Assembly: GCA_021737275.1 (NCBI GenBank)
Contig: JAIPEE010000008.1
Span: forward strand, 24,655-88,654
Direction of reading: 5' to 3'
DNA: 64,000 nucleotides
Source: Desulfobacterales bacterium
Lineage (GTDB): Bacteria > Desulfobacterota > Desulfobacteria > Desulfobacterales > JAIPEE01
Both the position numbers and the translations under genes were made by a program. How positions within the stretch are numbered: the first letter of the stretch is position 1; each line of letters opens with the position of its first letter. The notes under the pieces were generated by a model. That model was not told the DNA's origin. It searched no databases and saw nothing but the letters and a program-made list of their open reading frames with translations. Below, piece after piece: positions 61,817 through 64,000 of the stretch.

Positions 61817-63496
61817 CTAAAGAGACGCCACCATATCTTTAAGGAGGGTATGGTTGATTTCAGGAAGCGCATTCAGATTATTTTTTAATGTTTTGACTGC
61901 AGCTGGAATATATTTTTCAAACCATACCTTTTTCTTTATTTTGTTTAAAAATCCAAAAGCGCCTAATATTTGCATGTTCCTTGTAATGCAGCAGTATTGA
62001 AAGCCTTTTCTGAATTTATCTTTATCAAAATCAATTTTTTTAGAAAGTGAAGCTATATAACACTCAAGCAGGTCCTGCTGGATATCGATAGATAATTCAA
62101 CATACGGGTCAATCAGAAGCGATGCAAGGTCATATTGGACAGGTCCTTTTCTGCCGCCCTGAAAATCAATGAAATAGGGTTTGCCATCAGATATCATTAT
62201 ATTTCCGGATTGCATATCCCTGTGCAGAAAACCGGGAATCGCGTATGAAACAGTCTTTTCAGCAATAAGTTTGAAATCGTTTTCAAAATCTTTATAGTTC
62301 ACCTTTTGTCCAAGGAAGGTTTTCAAAAAAGAGTCTACAAAGTACCGGCACTCCTTTTCCAGAATGAGTGAGCGATCATATTCAGCAGTCTGATATGTCC
62401 ATTCGGGATTAAAATTTTGGTATCCCATGACAGCAAGATTTGAAAGATTATTAATTACAGGTTCATAAAATGAAACAATCTTTTCACTGCTCTTTAAATT
62501 ACTGATAACATTCTGCAGCTTGATGTTGCCAAGGTCTTCCAGAAAAACAATTCCGGAAAATGGCTCCGACAGTACTATTTCAGGTACGGCAACGCCCTGA
62601 TCGTGCAGATGCCGTCCTATTAAAATAAAGGAATCTGCTTCAGTCATACAATCTTGAGATCGGATGCCGTGATCTACCATAATTAATGTGTGACAGTTTA
62701 CTTCAATACGATACCATTTCCGGTCTGAACCATCATCTGAAAGGGGTTTAATATCTATTCCGGTTTTTATTTTTTCGCCAAAAGAGCTGTCGACGGCTTT
62801 TGGAATCATTGAATCCAGTACAGCTGAGCGATAACGCTCAGGGGTTCCGATATCACGCCAATAAAGATTTTCAGGAAGAAAAGATTTTATCCTGTATCCG
62901 TTATCGGCCATTTTAATATAGGCGTCGATACTGCTGAAGAAACCTTTTTCAGGAATGAATTGCAGCAGGAAAGGATCCACAACCTGAATGCCGGTAAAGG
63001 TTAGCAGGGAACCATTATGCCCCATGGCTTTTTCAAGGCTGAGAAAGCCTTCAATAATACCATTTTTATTTACCTTTACATTATTAAACTGTTCATAATC
63101 ATGCAGAACAAGCGTTGCCGGGTGATCATGCGATAGATGAAAATTATAAACTTCCTTTAAATCAATATCTGTTGCTATGTCACTGTTGATAATAAAAAAG
63201 GGTTGATCATCCCAGAAGTCAGATAGATTTTTTATCGCTCCGCCTGTTCCGAGTATTTCCGGTTCATACCGGGATATAACCGGGATCGGGTAATTTTGTC
63301 CGGAAATAAACCGGTCGATTTTATTGTGGAGATGGTGGGTGTTGACAAAAATTTCACTGCACCCTGCCGCAATCAGTTTTTCAATCATTATATCCAGCAG
63401 CGGTCTGCCGTTGATGGGGAACAACGGTTTAGGAGTATGATTTGTATGGGGCTTTAGGCGTTCTCCGTAACCGGCTGCAAGTATCAATGCTTTCAT
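61817..63496 (-). CDS. Fusion of sugar-1-phosphate nucleotidyltransferase and aminoglycoside-phosphotransferase-fold kinase (MurU-AmgK-like)
   Basis: N-terminal MKALILAAGYGERLKP...PKPL.PI.G.PLL. C-terminal kinase motifs HRDMQSGNIMI and FIDFQG. Confidence 0.75.
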   Translation of the reverse strand: MKALILAAGYGERLKPHTNHTPKPLFPINGRPLLDIMIEKLIAAGCSEIFVNTHHLHNKIDRFISGQNYPIPVISRYEPEILGTGGAIKNLSDFWDDQPFFIINSDIATDIDLKEVYNFHLSHDHPATLVLHDYEQFNNVKVNKNGIIEGFLSLEKAMGHNGSLLTFTGIQVVDPFLLQFIPEKGFFSSIDAYIKMADNGYRIKSFLPENLYWRDIGTPERYRSAVLDSMIPKAVDSSFGEKIKTGIDIKPLSDDGSDRKWYRIEVNCHTLIMVDHGIRSQDCMTEADSFILIGRHLHDQGVAVPEIVLSEPFSGIVFLEDLGNIKLQNVISNLKSSEKIVSFYEPVINNLSNLAVMGYQNFNPEWTYQTAEYDRSLILEKECRYFVDSFLKTFLGQKVNYKDFENDFKLIAEKTVSYAIPGFLHRDMQSGNIMISDGKPYFIDFQGGRKGPVQYDLASLLIDPYVELSIDIQQDLLECYIASLSKKIDFDKDKFRKGFQYCCITRNMQILGAFGFLNKIKKKVWFEKYIPAAVKTLKNNLNALPEINHTLLKDMVASL

Positions 63497-63520
63497 ATCA
63501 GGAAAAGATTATCTTTGTTA

Positions 63521-64000
63521 TCATGAAGGAAGATTTTTCATATATGTCTTGATCAGATTTGAAAAATGTTCAATCTGCTCTATGTTTTCAGAGCCCTTTA
63601 TACGATTGGCGCTAAAGTAATCTAAGGCATTTTGGTAATTGATTCGTGATAATGCTTCAATCCGGTCTATCTCGTTTTTCTTGTACATACGGTTGCCGCG
63701 GGATTGGATTTTTTTAAGGTTGTCTTTAGTTTTTATCGTTTTTTGAGGGTACCGCATGAGGTAGCTTAATACTATCCATGAAGATTCAAAATATGGTTTT
63801 AAAAAACTGCCAAAAAGTTTCATCTTTTTAAAACCATCGGCGGTGATGTTATATGTACCCGGTGCTGTCCGGTCCGGTACGATCATGTTGTTATCTAAAA
63901 AAGACTGAATGTTTTCATCAACATATTGTTCTACCGGTTTTTCCATATCAAACGGAAATTCATTTTTAAAGAAATCCTGCAGGGTTTTATACCGATTATA
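63521..64000 (-). CDS. 3' part of a larger gene running off the window (possibly the C-terminal domain of a PlsB-like acyltransferase; weak call)
   Basis: The frame stays open upstream of Met 63946 to the window edge (YNRYKTLQDFFKNEFPFD-MEKP...). Function is only a recollection-level guess. Confidence 0.4.
   Translation of the reverse strand, partial: YNRYKTLQDFFKNEFPFDMEKPVEQYVDENIQSFLDNNMIVPDRTAPGTYNITADGFKKMKLFGSFLKPYFESSWIVLSYLMRYPQKTIKTKDNLKKIQSRGNRMYKKNEIDRIEALSRINYQNALDYFSANRIKGSENIEQIEHFSNLIKTYMKNLPS

Overview
This 64-kb window (roughly 40% GC by eye) reads as core chromosome of an anaerobic, sulfate-reducer-like deltaproteobacterium (Desulfobacterales-type). That guess rests only on gene content: multiheme cytochromes, rubrerythrins, ferredoxins, a 2-oxoacid:ferredoxin oxidoreductase and DUF4911-miaB. 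I support about 58 protein-coding genes. Housekeeping genes include rhlE-like, hisC-cmk-rpsA-sppA, tsaC, guaB, dnaE, manC, recJ and miaB. Redox genes include a cytochrome c plus cytochrome b pair, korDABC-type OFOR, two rubrerythrins, a nitroreductase, a rubredoxin-GltS-like flavoprotein and a complete nqrABCDEF operon. There is also a Dpp/Opp-type ABC importer followed by a corrinoid protein. I found no rRNA or tRNA genes, CRISPR arrays, transposases, integrases, phage genes or recognisable defence systems, so this is not an accessory island and novelty candidates are modest. The best are: (1) an NqrA that keeps both RnfC-type 4Fe-4S cysteine motifs, in an nqr operon that ends with a translationally coupled ThiS/MoaD-like ORF instead of apbE/nqrM; (2) a Tat-signal DUF362 protein paired with a NapH-NapG-like fusion carrying an internal twin-arginine segment; (3) an ABC importer operon with no binding-protein gene, preceded by about 700 bp of non-coding DNA and ending in a corrinoid protein; (4) a speculative in-frame UGA (Sec) read-through at the end of a cupredoxin-rhodanese gene. 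There are also several small palindromic or repeat elements. All family assignments come from motif recognition by eye. No database search was run.
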